This document shows, piece after piece, positions 8,746-18,082 of a stretch of 50,118 bases of DNA. This DNA comes from an uncultured Pirellulales bacterium (GTDB lineage Bacteria; Planctomycetota; Planctomycetia; Pirellulales; UBA1268). Position 1 is the first letter of the stretch, and each line of letters starts with the position of its first letter. The DNA lies in the NCBI GenBank assembly GCA_965662325.1, contig CBFIHW010000002.1, positions 1 through 50,118 of the forward strand, written 5' to 3'. The translations under genes were made by a program, and so were the position numbers. The notes below the pieces were generated by a model, which did no database searches, was not told where the DNA came from, and saw only the letters and a list, made by a program, of their open reading frames with translations.

Positions 8746-10983
8746 ATGACTCCGTCTTTTCTTCTTGTACTTGTTCCATTACTGCCCCTCCTCGCAGCTC
8801 TTGCCACCGTTGTTGGTGGACGAAGACTAGGTCCCCGGGCGCATCTGCCAGCTGTTGTTGGTATAGCCTCAGCAGCAGTTGTTGCATTGTCTCTTCTTGT
8901 AGTTACTGCCCGTAGTCGAGGAAGTGCAGAAACACCTCGTCCCGTTGATATGGTGACCACGCTCTGGCAATGGGCAACCATTGATGATGCATATGCCCCG
9001 GCTCATGACTCACATGCTGCAGTTCCGGGGACGGCTATTGGCGAAGATGCTTACAGCGCTCGCCCATTTTCAATTTCGATTGCCATGCGACTTGATCCGC
9101 TGACAGCAACAATGCTTGTAATTATTACGAGTGTTGGACTTCTGGTCGCCATCTACTCGATAGGGTATATGCATGACGATCCCGGGTACCCGCGATTCTT
9201 CGCGCTCGTGGCCATGTTCGTTTTCTCAATGTCAATGCTCGTAGCAGCGAGTAACTTCCTCTTGGTCTATGTTTTCTGGGAGGCAGTGGGCGCGTGCAGC
9301 TACCTACTCATTGGCTTCTGGTTTCAAAAACCGGAAGCAGCAAAGGCAGCGAAAAAAGCGTTTCTTGTAAACCGGATAGGTGACTTTGGTCTTGCCGTAG
9401 GTGTCTTTCTGCTCTGGCTCACCTATGGAACCCTCGATTTTCATGACACTCTTTCTCCTGACGGAACGATTCTGCCTGGCATTCTCGGACAGACTCGCCT
9501 TGCCGATGTAAGTGGTTATGTTGGAGGTATCGTAGGCACGGCAATTTGTCTTCTTCTGTTACTTGCAGCCTGCGGAAAGAGTGCTCAACTGCCGCTTCAC
9601 GTATGGTTGCCAGACGCCATGGAGGGCCCTACTCCTGCGAGTGCCCTCATTCATGCAGCAACAATGGTAACTGCAGGGGTTTATCTTGTTGCTCGTTCTG
9701 CACCGCTTTTTATGGCATGCCCCGGCGCATTGGTGACCGTCTCAATTATTGGAACCACAACTGCACTTGTTGCTGCACTTATTGGTACTGTCCAGAACGA
9801 TCTCAAGAGGGTACTTGCTTACTCGACGATCAGCCAACTCGGTTACATGTTTGCCTGTCTTGGTACAGGAACACTACTCGGATTTACTGCGGCAATTTTC
9901 CACCTTCTTACTCATGCATTTTTTAAGGCCCTTTTATTTCTTGGTGCCGGGTCTGTCATGCACTCGATGGGTGGAGTGATTGACATGCGTCGCTTTGGCG
10001 GACTTCGAAAACTTATGCCGATAACAGCCTCCACGTTTCTCGTTGGGAGTCTTGCACTCGCAGGCATTGCACCCTTGTCTGGTTTCTTTAGTAAAGATGA
10101 AATACTTGCATCCCTGCATTCAAAGGGTTGGCCAGATGTTCACCATAGCGCCGACAATGAACACCATGCAATGATTCCCGAACTACATTCAACACTGTCT
10201 CGTAGTGGCACGATGCACGATGTTGGATACCGTGGGGTTTCCACCTATGACAATCACTCAACCCGTCATCAGACTTCTGACTTAGTTGGACTTGATGCAC
10301 TCAATCAACCTGCTGTCTGGAAAGCTCTTTTTTGGATGGCGCTGGTCACAGCCGGCCTTACCGCTTTCTATACCTTTCGGGCTGTCTTCATGACATTTAC
10401 TGGTCCGCTACGAATACCCGATGAAGCAGGTGACCATGCACATGAATCATCGTCAGTCATGACAACGCCACTTTTGATTTTGGCAATTCCAGCCACATTC
10501 ATTGGATTCATCCTGTTTACGACCGACGGTCTTGCTCATTTTCTCGCTGCAACTCCTTCATTTACAACACCTTCGATCGTGAAAACTGCCACCGCGTCTG
10601 TTTTCCACTGGGACCTGGCGATTCAGGGCACGCTCGCTGCAGCTCTTGGTATTGTTATTGCAGCTGTTGGTCATCTTGGACGTCGCAGCGATGGGCCGCA
10701 GCTCGAACGTTGGCTAGGGCCAGTACGGCCATTCTTAGAGCATCGAATGTTTATTGATCAACTCTATGCTGCTGTTATTATAAAACCGCTTGAAGCCGTT
10801 GCCTTTCTGGTGGCAATTTTTGACAAATCATTTATTGACCGTTCTGTCCGGTTTGTCGCTCATCTTCCGTTGGCTCTCGGCGGTGTTGTCCGTCAGCTTC
10901 AGTCGGGATTACTTCAACGATATGCCCTAGCCGGCGTCATTGGTGTCTTGGCAATTATTGTGTTTCTCGCTTGGCGACTTTGA
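8746..10983 (+). CDS. nuoL: NADH-quinone oxidoreductase subunit L (antiporter-like), 745 aa
   Basis: WLPDAMEGPTPASALIHAATMVTAGVYLVAR and STISQLGYMF motifs of NuoL/ND5. Contains a polar N-terminal insertion and a His-rich insertion (PDVHHSADNEHHAM...NHSTRHQ). Confidence 0.93.
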   Translation: MTPSFLLVLVPLLPLLAALATVVGGRRLGPRAHLPAVVGIASAAVVALSLLVVTARSRGSAETPRPVDMVTTLWQWATIDDAYAPAHDSHAAVPGTAIGEDAYSARPFSISIAMRLDPLTATMLVIITSVGLLVAIYSIGYMHDDPGYPRFFALVAMFVFSMSMLVAASNFLLVYVFWEAVGACSYLLIGFWFQKPEAAKAAKKAFLVNRIGDFGLAVGVFLLWLTYGTLDFHDTLSPDGTILPGILGQTRLADVSGYVGGIVGTAICLLLLLAACGKSAQLPLHVWLPDAMEGPTPASALIHAATMVTAGVYLVARSAPLFMACPGALVTVSIIGTTTALVAALIGTVQNDLKRVLAYSTISQLGYMFACLGTGTLLGFTAAIFHLLTHAFFKALLFLGAGSVMHSMGGVIDMRRFGGLRKLMPITASTFLVGSLALAGIAPLSGFFSKDEILASLHSKGWPDVHHSADNEHHAMIPELHSTLSRSGTMHDVGYRGVSTYDNHSTRHQTSDLVGLDALNQPAVWKALFWMALVTAGLTAFYTFRAVFMTFTGPLRIPDEAGDHAHESSSVMTTPLLILAIPATFIGFILFTTDGLAHFLAATPSFTTPSIVKTATASVFHWDLAIQGTLAAALGIVIAAVGHLGRRSDGPQLERWLGPVRPFLEHRMFIDQLYAAVIIKPLEAVAFLVAIFDKSFIDRSVRFVAHLPLALGGVVRQLQSGLLQRYALAGVIGVLAIIVFLAWRL

Positions 10984-11038
10984 ATCTTTTTCGCACCCGT
11001 TTAGGAATCATCATCTTCTCCTTCATTTTGATATCTTC

Positions 11039-12766
11039 ATGAATTTGCTTTCCCCATCGACACACTTGTTACTGGTCATTCTCATGCCTCTCGTGGGTGC
11101 GGGTATTGTCTGGCTTGTCTCAAGCCGCGGCCTTCAAGCTGTTCGTCAAAGTGCTGCAACCACGGCAGTTCTGACGCTTGCTGCAGCAGGATTGCTCATT
11201 CTGCGATATCTCATGAGCACTGAGGCTGCGAGCAATCAAGTATTTGCCCTGGTATCAGTCCCTTGGCTAACAGGAGGAATGTTTGACATTCGTCTATCTG
11301 TCGGGCTTGATGGCCTATCACTTTGGCTTTTTGGATTATCGGCACTTCTTTCTGTGACTGCGATTTTTGTGAGCTGGGAAGCTGTGACCGAGCGAGTTGT
11401 GGGTTTCTACATGCTTCTTCTACTTCTTGAAACAGCCATGCTTGGAGTTTTTGTAGCTCGTGACATTATTCTGTTTTATGTCTTCTTCGAATTCACTCTC
11501 GTGCCACTCTTTTTCCTCATTGGTATATGGGGGCATGATGAACGGCGAAAAGCAGCAATCACATTTTTCATTTACACCCTGACAGGAAGCGTTCTTGCAT
11601 TTCTTGGCCTTATGACCATTGTGTTGTGGAACGCGACCCACACTGGCAGTGTCACATTTGATATCGAAGCACTGACTGCTGGCCTCAGTGCGCATCCGCT
11701 GCCCATGGATGCAGATGGTGGCTATCTTCAATGGATTGTTTTCCTTGCTCTTCTCATTGGGTTTGCGGTAAAGGTTCCAATCTTTCCGTTCCATACCTGG
11801 CTTCCGCTTGCTCATGTCGAGGCACCAACCGGTGGCAGCGTGGATCTAGCAGGCGTCTTACTAAAAATTGGCATTTATGGCTTTCTTCGGTTTTCCATGC
11901 CAATGCTTCCTGAAGCAACTGCAGTCGCTGCACCGTGGCTCTTTGCGCTTGGTGCTTTTGGGATTGTTTATGGAGCTTTAGTTGCTTTAGTCCAACAGGA
12001 TTTAAAGCGGCTCATCGCTTATTCATCGGTAAGTCATATGGGGTATGTCGTCATGGGTCTTTTTGCCTTGGAACCAGTTGCGATTGAAGGGGCAAATCTT
12101 CAACTCATCAACCATGGTCTATCTTCTGCCGGCCTCTTTGCATTGGTTGGAATGCTTTACGATCGCTTTCATACACGTTCAATCCAGAGCCTTGGTGGCA
12201 TTGCCAAAAAAGCACCGTGGCTGACGGCACTTTTCATGGTGTTCACATTTTCAAGTATCGGTCTTCCCGGACTGAACGGTTTTGTAGGGGAATTTATGAT
12301 TCTTGCTGGGTCTTTCCAGAGAGCGTGGACGGGCGTTTCTCCAGAACTCCAGCAGAGCTATCTGATTCTTTCACTCATGGGCGTTGTTGGCGTCGTGTTT
12401 GGAGCTTGGTACATGCTCTGGGCAGTCGAGCGAGTCTTCTTTGGAAATTCCCGATTACCACCCTCTCACATCAACAACGAGACACAGGAATCTCTTGACT
12501 TACGTTGGCATGAGATTGCGGCGCTTGCACCACTGACTGTGTTTGTGCTCTGGATTGGTATAACGCCAGCCACGTTCCTCGCTCCATCTTCTCAATCTGT
12601 TCGCACAATGACACTTGCATCCAGCAACGCTTTCAACCGACAGATGCAGGAAGCTCAAGACCATACGAGCGAGGACATAATTGCGCACAACAATGAGAGC
12701 CGTTCTCAACAGGATCAGCCCAAGACATTCTCAACCTTTCAAAAACCAATTTCTGTAAAGCAATGA
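11039..12766 (+). CDS. nuoM: NADH-quinone oxidoreductase subunit M (antiporter-like)
   Basis: The ORF track opens at 10940, inside nuoL. The first ATG (11039, MNLLSPSTHLL...) begins the first hydrophobic helix and leaves 55 nt after the nuoL stop. FPFHTWLPLAHVEAPTGGSV motif of NuoM/ND4. Confidence 0.9.
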   Translation: MNLLSPSTHLLLVILMPLVGAGIVWLVSSRGLQAVRQSAATTAVLTLAAAGLLILRYLMSTEAASNQVFALVSVPWLTGGMFDIRLSVGLDGLSLWLFGLSALLSVTAIFVSWEAVTERVVGFYMLLLLLETAMLGVFVARDIILFYVFFEFTLVPLFFLIGIWGHDERRKAAITFFIYTLTGSVLAFLGLMTIVLWNATHTGSVTFDIEALTAGLSAHPLPMDADGGYLQWIVFLALLIGFAVKVPIFPFHTWLPLAHVEAPTGGSVDLAGVLLKIGIYGFLRFSMPMLPEATAVAAPWLFALGAFGIVYGALVALVQQDLKRLIAYSSVSHMGYVVMGLFALEPVAIEGANLQLINHGLSSAGLFALVGMLYDRFHTRSIQSLGGIAKKAPWLTALFMVFTFSSIGLPGLNGFVGEFMILAGSFQRAWTGVSPELQQSYLILSLMGVVGVVFGAWYMLWAVERVFFGNSRLPPSHINNETQESLDLRWHEIAALAPLTVFVLWIGITPATFLAPSSQSVRTMTLASSNAFNRQMQEAQDHTSEDIIAHNNESRSQQDQPKTFSTFQKPISVKQ

Positions 12767-14556
12767 TGACAACGTCTCTCGAAACTTTTCTGATTCTATC
12801 ACCAGAAATAACTTTATTTTTAGCAGCACTCATTGCGTATCTTGCTGCAGCCTTTAGTGGCCTTCGAGCCGGATGGCTCGTTGCCGTCACGGGCCTAGGC
12901 ATAGCTATCCTGATATCGGGAAATCAGCCTGACAGCGGTGCGACTAGCTCATCAGGCCCTATCACAATTGATGGATTCTCATTTTATATACGTCTTCTTA
13001 CCTACACCACCGGTCTGGTATTGGCTCTTATTCAGTCTGGAGATTTTTGGAAAGCAGCGGTACAAGACGACAGCAGTCAACACAGACGACGTGGTACAGG
13101 TGAAGAAGCAGGTACTTTTTTAATTCTTTTAGCAGGACTTTCTCTCGTCGGCCTGGCGAATGACCTGGTTCTACTTTTTATAGGACTTGAACTTGTTTCA
13201 ATTCCGACATACATCTTGTTGTCGCTCAAACGAACAGATGCTGCGGGGCAAGAAGCCAGCTTGAAGTATTTTTTTCTTTCACTTGTCGCGTCTGCGTTGT
13301 TTTTATACTCAGTAGCCTGTCTCTACGGCCTGGGCGGATCGACATCATTACTCGCTATTGGAAATCAAATCCAGTCACTTGGCAGTATTGCTCCGCCCAC
13401 AATTGAGGGATCCGTTGTTGTTGGTACCATCACAGCCAGTATGGCCGCAGTACTTCTTCCCGTGATGCTTGGAACAGCACTTGCTGGAGCAGCTTTTCGA
13501 ATGGCGGCCGTTCCAATGCACTTTTACGCTCCTGATGTTTATGAAGGCACGAGCACAAGCAATGCCGCTGTACTCTCGACACTACCGAAAATAGCCGGCA
13601 TTGTCATTCTTGCTCGCATAGTTGCGTTAGCTATTCCTCCACTGGGCAGCGAACAAACTGTTGGCCCGCTTGCCGAGACACTACTTCTCCAGACATGGCA
13701 TCTCATTGCTATTATTGCAGCCGTAACCATGACCGTCGGGAACTGCATGGCTTTGCTCCAGAACAACCTACGGAGACTTTTAGCGTGCTCTTCTATTGCT
13801 CATGCAGGATATCTATTGGTCGGTCTGGCAGCAGTGACTGCAGCAGCAACATCTGAACAAGGCCCACTTGGTGGAGAATCCATAACAGCAAGTGCTTTGA
13901 CACTGGACGGACTTGGTTCAACACTTTTCTATTTGGCAACATATGTCCTTGCCACGGTCGGGTTGTTCGGTGGGCTCGTCTACCTCGGGCATCGTTGGCC
14001 TGAATGGTCAACTTCAAGCAACAAAAGACCAAGCCTTGAAGAGATTGAAACTGTTGATGATCTCAACGGATTATCGACAACGAATCCTGTCGCTGCATTT
14101 TGCTTGGCAACTTTTCTCTTAAGTCTCGCCGGAATTCCACCACTACCTGGTTTTTGGGGAAAGCTCTCGCTTGTCACCTCGTCACTTAGCATAGACAGTG
14201 GTGATGCTGCCTTCGGTGACCGAAGAGCATGGTTTATTGGATTAAGTATTGTCTTGGTGCTCAATGCTGCTATTGCAGCCGCATATTATCTTCGCCTGAT
14301 TACTGCTATGTACTTCAAATCGACTGACAAAGGAGTGCAGGCAGACGGTGGCCTTTCTTCGGGATTGGCTATGGTTGTCTGTCTCATCGTGCTTCTTTCG
14401 ATCTCTATTCGCCCACGTGGACTTTTTACGTCCGCCTTACGTGCAGGCAACACAATTTCTGGAAATATCGCGACAGAAACCATGCGTCCACAGATAACAC
14501 AGATTCCTGTTGGGGATGGCATGATTGCCGGTGAAATACAAAAGGGTAATCGATGA
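12763..14556 (+). CDS. nuoN: NADH-quinone oxidoreductase subunit N (antiporter-like), 597 aa
   Basis: ATGA overlap with nuoM. VPMHFYAPDVYEGTSTSNAAVLS motif of NuoN/ND2. Several polar insertions. Confidence 0.92.
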   Translation: MMTTSLETFLILSPEITLFLAALIAYLAAAFSGLRAGWLVAVTGLGIAILISGNQPDSGATSSSGPITIDGFSFYIRLLTYTTGLVLALIQSGDFWKAAVQDDSSQHRRRGTGEEAGTFLILLAGLSLVGLANDLVLLFIGLELVSIPTYILLSLKRTDAAGQEASLKYFFLSLVASALFLYSVACLYGLGGSTSLLAIGNQIQSLGSIAPPTIEGSVVVGTITASMAAVLLPVMLGTALAGAAFRMAAVPMHFYAPDVYEGTSTSNAAVLSTLPKIAGIVILARIVALAIPPLGSEQTVGPLAETLLLQTWHLIAIIAAVTMTVGNCMALLQNNLRRLLACSSIAHAGYLLVGLAAVTAAATSEQGPLGGESITASALTLDGLGSTLFYLATYVLATVGLFGGLVYLGHRWPEWSTSSNKRPSLEEIETVDDLNGLSTTNPVAAFCLATFLLSLAGIPPLPGFWGKLSLVTSSLSIDSGDAAFGDRRAWFIGLSIVLVLNAAIAAAYYLRLITAMYFKSTDKGVQADGGLSSGLAMVVCLIVLLSISIRPRGLFTSALRAGNTISGNIATETMRPQITQIPVGDGMIAGEIQKGNR

Positions 14557-15674
14557 ACAATGCACTAACACCAGAAAATATTCGAGAGACACTTGCTGAT
14601 CTGACCGATCCTGAATCGGGAAGACTGCTTTCCGATATGGGACAGCTCGGTGAGGTAGTCGTAACTGAAAAGAAGATTGCTCTTGATGTTGCACTTACAA
14701 CACATTCTGCAATTCTTTGGCGGCAAACGCGCGGACGTATTGAGGAGCGCCTCAGAACGGCATTCCCGGATATCTCTGATGTACAAATAACTGTCACGCT
14801 GCATGAAAGGCCACCCACTAAAATTGGTCAGGTCGGCCTTGAGGCGAAGAGTGTTATTGCAGTTGGATCAGGAAAGGGAGGCGTTGGCAAAAGCACAATT
14901 GCCGTATCACTTGCAATCGGCCTGGCACGAACTGGGAGCAAAGTAGGCATTCTTGATGCAGATGTCTATGGACCAAGTGTACCTCACCTTGTCGGACTAG
15001 AAGGTCGACCAGCGATAGAAGAGGGACGAATTGTTCCACCACAACTAAACCCGGGGCAACCTCATCAAACGTTGCCAACGGGACTGAACGCCGAAACCGT
15101 ACCGGTCATGTCTATGGGGTTTCTTGTGCCGCCTGGTGAAGCCGTCGTTTGGCGAGGCCCTATGCTTCACGGCGCGATACAGCAAATGCTCCGTGATACA
15201 AACTGGGGACCACTCGATTACCTGATCATTGACATGCCACCAGGGACTGGCGATATCGCGTTGACGCTTTCACAGGTCCTTCCGCTTTCAGGTGCCGTTG
15301 TCGTTTGCACCCCACAAGATGTTGCACTTCTTGACGCAACCAAGGCAATCGCAATGTTTCAGAAGGTCAACATTCCATTGCTTGGCATGGTAGAAAACAT
15401 GAGTTTCTTTTTGTGCCCGGATAATAATAAACGTTACGATATTTTTGGAAGTGGTGGTGCAAAACGCACCGCAAAAGAACTTGACATCCCATTGCTTGGT
15501 GAGGTTCCCATACAGATACCGATTCGCGAGCATGGCGATGCGGGAAAAACAGTTGCAAATTTCGATGATCCACAGGCACGACCTTACCTTGAATCAATTT
15601 GCGAGAACCTTGTGAGTGGACTTGCTCACCGGCATGCGTCGGCACCGCCGATGCCCTCTCTGCCAACTCTCTAG
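14553..15674 (+). CDS. mrp: Mrp/ApbC/NBP35-family P-loop NTPase with an N-terminal DUF59-like domain (HCF101/Ind1-like)
   Basis: 373 aa. ATG overlaps the nuoN stop (ATGA). Deviant Walker A GSGKGGVGKST and family core LDYLIIDMPPGTGD, VENMS...IFGSGG. At the usual CxxC position it reads FLCPDNNKRY, with only one Cys. Confidence 0.88.
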   Translation: MNNALTPENIRETLADLTDPESGRLLSDMGQLGEVVVTEKKIALDVALTTHSAILWRQTRGRIEERLRTAFPDISDVQITVTLHERPPTKIGQVGLEAKSVIAVGSGKGGVGKSTIAVSLAIGLARTGSKVGILDADVYGPSVPHLVGLEGRPAIEEGRIVPPQLNPGQPHQTLPTGLNAETVPVMSMGFLVPPGEAVVWRGPMLHGAIQQMLRDTNWGPLDYLIIDMPPGTGDIALTLSQVLPLSGAVVVCTPQDVALLDATKAIAMFQKVNIPLLGMVENMSFFLCPDNNKRYDIFGSGGAKRTAKELDIPLLGEVPIQIPIREHGDAGKTVANFDDPQARPYLESICENLVSGLAHRHASAPPMPSLPTL

Positions 15675-15683
15675 GCCTCCGCT

Positions 15684-16280
15684 ATGAGAAGCCCACTCCT
15701 ACTGCATATTCTTTTTTTTACGCAACTGCAGTGGCTCTCAGTAATCGCAGGAATTTTATTTTCTTATTTCCGGAATATGAAAACTGCCACGAGAAGGCAA
15801 TGGTTGACACTACCGTCTACAATCACACTCGTCCTTCTTGTTCAAACTCTCTGCACTGTATTACTAATCTCCCAGATGATCTGCGGTCATTTGATCAACG
15901 CCACTCTTCAAGGATTCGGCGGCATTACTTTCTTCACAGTTGGTGCTTTTTCATACTACTGGCTACCTAAAAAACCCTACATGTCTCATATCGCTTTGGG
16001 TGGTCTCCTTGGTGGGGTCATTCTCTTTGGGTGGCAAAGAATTCTTTTATACCGCTACTGGAGTGTCGAATGGAGCATGTTGTTTGTTGCTCCATGCGTT
16101 TGCCTGATCGTACTAGTTACTATGCTTAAAATTGCTTTTTGGTATTGGGCAGACCCCAAAAACAGAATGCAGCAAAAACAACACCACGTACTAAATCTTA
16201 CTGGTGCTGGACTGTGGTATATACTCTTTACGGCTATCGCCTCATTTTTATCTGCGATAGCATTCGATTGCGGAATTTAA
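15684..16280 (+). CDS. hypothetical polytopic membrane protein (about 5-6 hydrophobic helices)
   Basis: 198-aa ORF starting 9 nt after the mrp stop on the same strand. Strongly hydrophobic segments throughout. I recognise no family motif. Confidence 0.6.
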   Translation: MRSPLLLHILFFTQLQWLSVIAGILFSYFRNMKTATRRQWLTLPSTITLVLLVQTLCTVLLISQMICGHLINATLQGFGGITFFTVGAFSYYWLPKKPYMSHIALGGLLGGVILFGWQRILLYRYWSVEWSMLFVAPCVCLIVLVTMLKIAFWYWADPKNRMQQKQHHVLNLTGAGLWYILFTAIASFLSAIAFDCGI

Positions 16281-16361
16281 TTTTGGCTAGGCTTTCAAAT
16301 GTGTGGCTTACTACTACTGTTGAATAACCCAATCTGGTGAAAACCCAAGCGAGATAGAACC

Positions 16362-16478
16362 ATGAAAGATGAAGAATCATTGAATACTGATGATACTTTT
16401 TGCCAGGCTCAAGTTGATGTCCAGAAGATGATTGATCAACTTAAGAAGCAGGCTGAGGCACCTCAAAACGATGAATAA
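16362..16478 (+). CDS. possible 38-aa acidic mini-ORF (MKDEESLNTDDTFCQAQVDVQKMIDQLKKQAEAPQNDE)
   Basis: ATG-to-TAA reading frame found by hand in the 339-nt gap before the first sulfatase. No clear Shine-Dalgarno sequence and no homology recognisable. It may be non-coding. Confidence 0.15.
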   Translation: MKDEESLNTDDTFCQAQVDVQKMIDQLKKQAEAPQNDE

Positions 16479-16619
16479 ATCAACCGCAACATGCCCTTGT
16501 TAAAAGAAGCCCTTGCAATGGCTACCTCGCTTACTACCATCGCTCGATGCCTGACCACTCTTTTTTCTTACTGCGGTTTATGGCATTCAAAGTTACACTT
16601 GTTAGAAAATTTTAGGGGC

Positions 16620-18029
16620 ATGCAATTGAACTCGATACGTCTACAGACCATTCTGTCATTTTGTATCGTGCTAGCATGCACTGGCTTCAAAAATCTTCCG
16701 GCTAAACAGCCAAACATACTTTTCATCGCCGTCGATGACCTCAATCATTGGGTTGGTTATACAGGCAGAAACACCCAGTGTAAAACACCGAATATCGATC
16801 GGTTAGCTGCTATGGGTGTATCGTTTACCAACGCGCATTGCGCTGCTCCCGCGTGTGGTCCATCAAGGGCAGCACTTTGGTCAGGAATCAGACCGCATTC
16901 TTCTGGCTGTTACCTGAACGCAGATCCTTGGAAAGACCATATTGCTGAGGGTCTAAATCTCAATGCACATTTAAAAACTCATGGATACTACACAGCAGCA
17001 ATGGGCAAAACCTACCACTCAAGTGCCGGTGGCCTCAAAACTGTTTACGCCTCCGAATGGGACACCTATCCATCTACAAGACGGGGCGAAAATGCAGGAC
17101 GAATTCCAAGAAAATATGAGGGTTATCACGAACCTCTGGAACTTGATTTACAGGACGAGGACCTACCGGACTGGCACACAGTGGACTTTTGCATCAAGCA
17201 AATGACGCAAGAGCGAGAGAAGCCCTTCTTTGTAGCCTGCGGTTTGATCAAGCCACATCTTCCCTGGGCAGTTCCGAGAAAATACTACGAACGGTATCCT
17301 CGCGATACTATTCAACTTCCTCCACATAAAGAGGGTGATCTCGATGACATTCCAACCCCGGGCATCAAAATGGCTGGCCCTGAAAAAGATCACGCAAAGT
17401 TTCTGAAATCTGGACGATGGAAAGATGCCATTCAGTCCTACCTCGCGACCATTGCATACGTAGATATGAATATAGGCCGTCTTCTCGATGCCTACGACGC
17501 AAGCCCAGAACGAGACAATACTATTATTGTTCTATGGGGTGATCACGGTTGGCATCTAGGAGAAAAAGAACACTGGAGAAAGTTTAGTCTCTGGGAGGAG
17601 GCCACTCGCTCACCTTTGATCTGGGTTGTTCCAGGAGTCACAAAAGCCGGAGAAATCTGTCGCCGACCTGTCGATTTTCTGAGCATCTATCCGACGCTTT
17701 GTGATCTTCTTGATGTACCACCACCTCCTCACCTCGAAGGCACCAGCATCGCTACTCTTCTTGAAAAACCTGACACTCATTGGGATGGTGTTGCACTCAC
17801 TACGCATGGTTACCAAAATCACGCTATACGTGATGGCCGGTTTCGCTATATCCATTACGCGGACGATAGCGAGGAACTCTATGACCACACTACTGACCCA
17901 TACGAATTCACGAATCTTGCAAATGATCAATCGATGATAGCGACAAAACGTCGTTTAGCAGCATTTCTTCCAAAGCATGAGTCGGAGCCAAAAACGATTT
18001 CGAGGAAGAAAAGTCCAAAGAAAAGATGA
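16620..18029 (+). CDS. exported sulfatase (formylglycine-dependent, type I)
   Basis: The ORF track opens at 16491. ATG 16620 gives a signal peptide (MQLNSIRLQTILSFCIVLACTG). Contains the [13 protein letters not shown] metal site, the canonical FGly motif CGPSR within HCAAPACGPSRAALWSG, and WGDHGWHLGEK. Confidence 0.9.
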   Translation: MQLNSIRLQTILSFCIVLACTGFKNLPAKQPNILFIAVDDLNHWVGYTGRNTQCKTPNIDRLAAMGVSFTNAHCAAPACGPSRAALWSGIRPHSSGCYLNADPWKDHIAEGLNLNAHLKTHGYYTAAMGKTYHSSAGGLKTVYASEWDTYPSTRRGENAGRIPRKYEGYHEPLELDLQDEDLPDWHTVDFCIKQMTQEREKPFFVACGLIKPHLPWAVPRKYYERYPRDTIQLPPHKEGDLDDIPTPGIKMAGPEKDHAKFLKSGRWKDAIQSYLATIAYVDMNIGRLLDAYDASPERDNTIIVLWGDHGWHLGEKEHWRKFSLWEEATRSPLIWVVPGVTKAGEICRRPVDFLSIYPTLCDLLDVPPPPHLEGTSIATLLEKPDTHWDGVALTTHGYQNHAIRDGRFRYIHYADDSEELYDHTTDPYEFTNLANDQSMIATKRRLAAFLPKHESEPKTISRKKSPKKR

Positions 18030-18082
18030 TTCTTTTGACTCATTGAACTTCTTTCGCTGGGTGACCGATATTAAAAGATATC

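Noticed and set aside
10940-11038. Upstream-extended start codons proposed by the ORF track: 10940 for nuoM, 16491 for a sulfatase, 21557 for a sulfatase, 26506 for the giant protein, 36073 for panD, 44313 for mlaD and 18105 for patatin.
   Set aside because: In every case the extension overlaps the preceding gene or precedes an obvious signal peptide or conserved N-terminus that begins at an internal ATG. Several extensions begin with TTG. The internal ATG starts were used instead.
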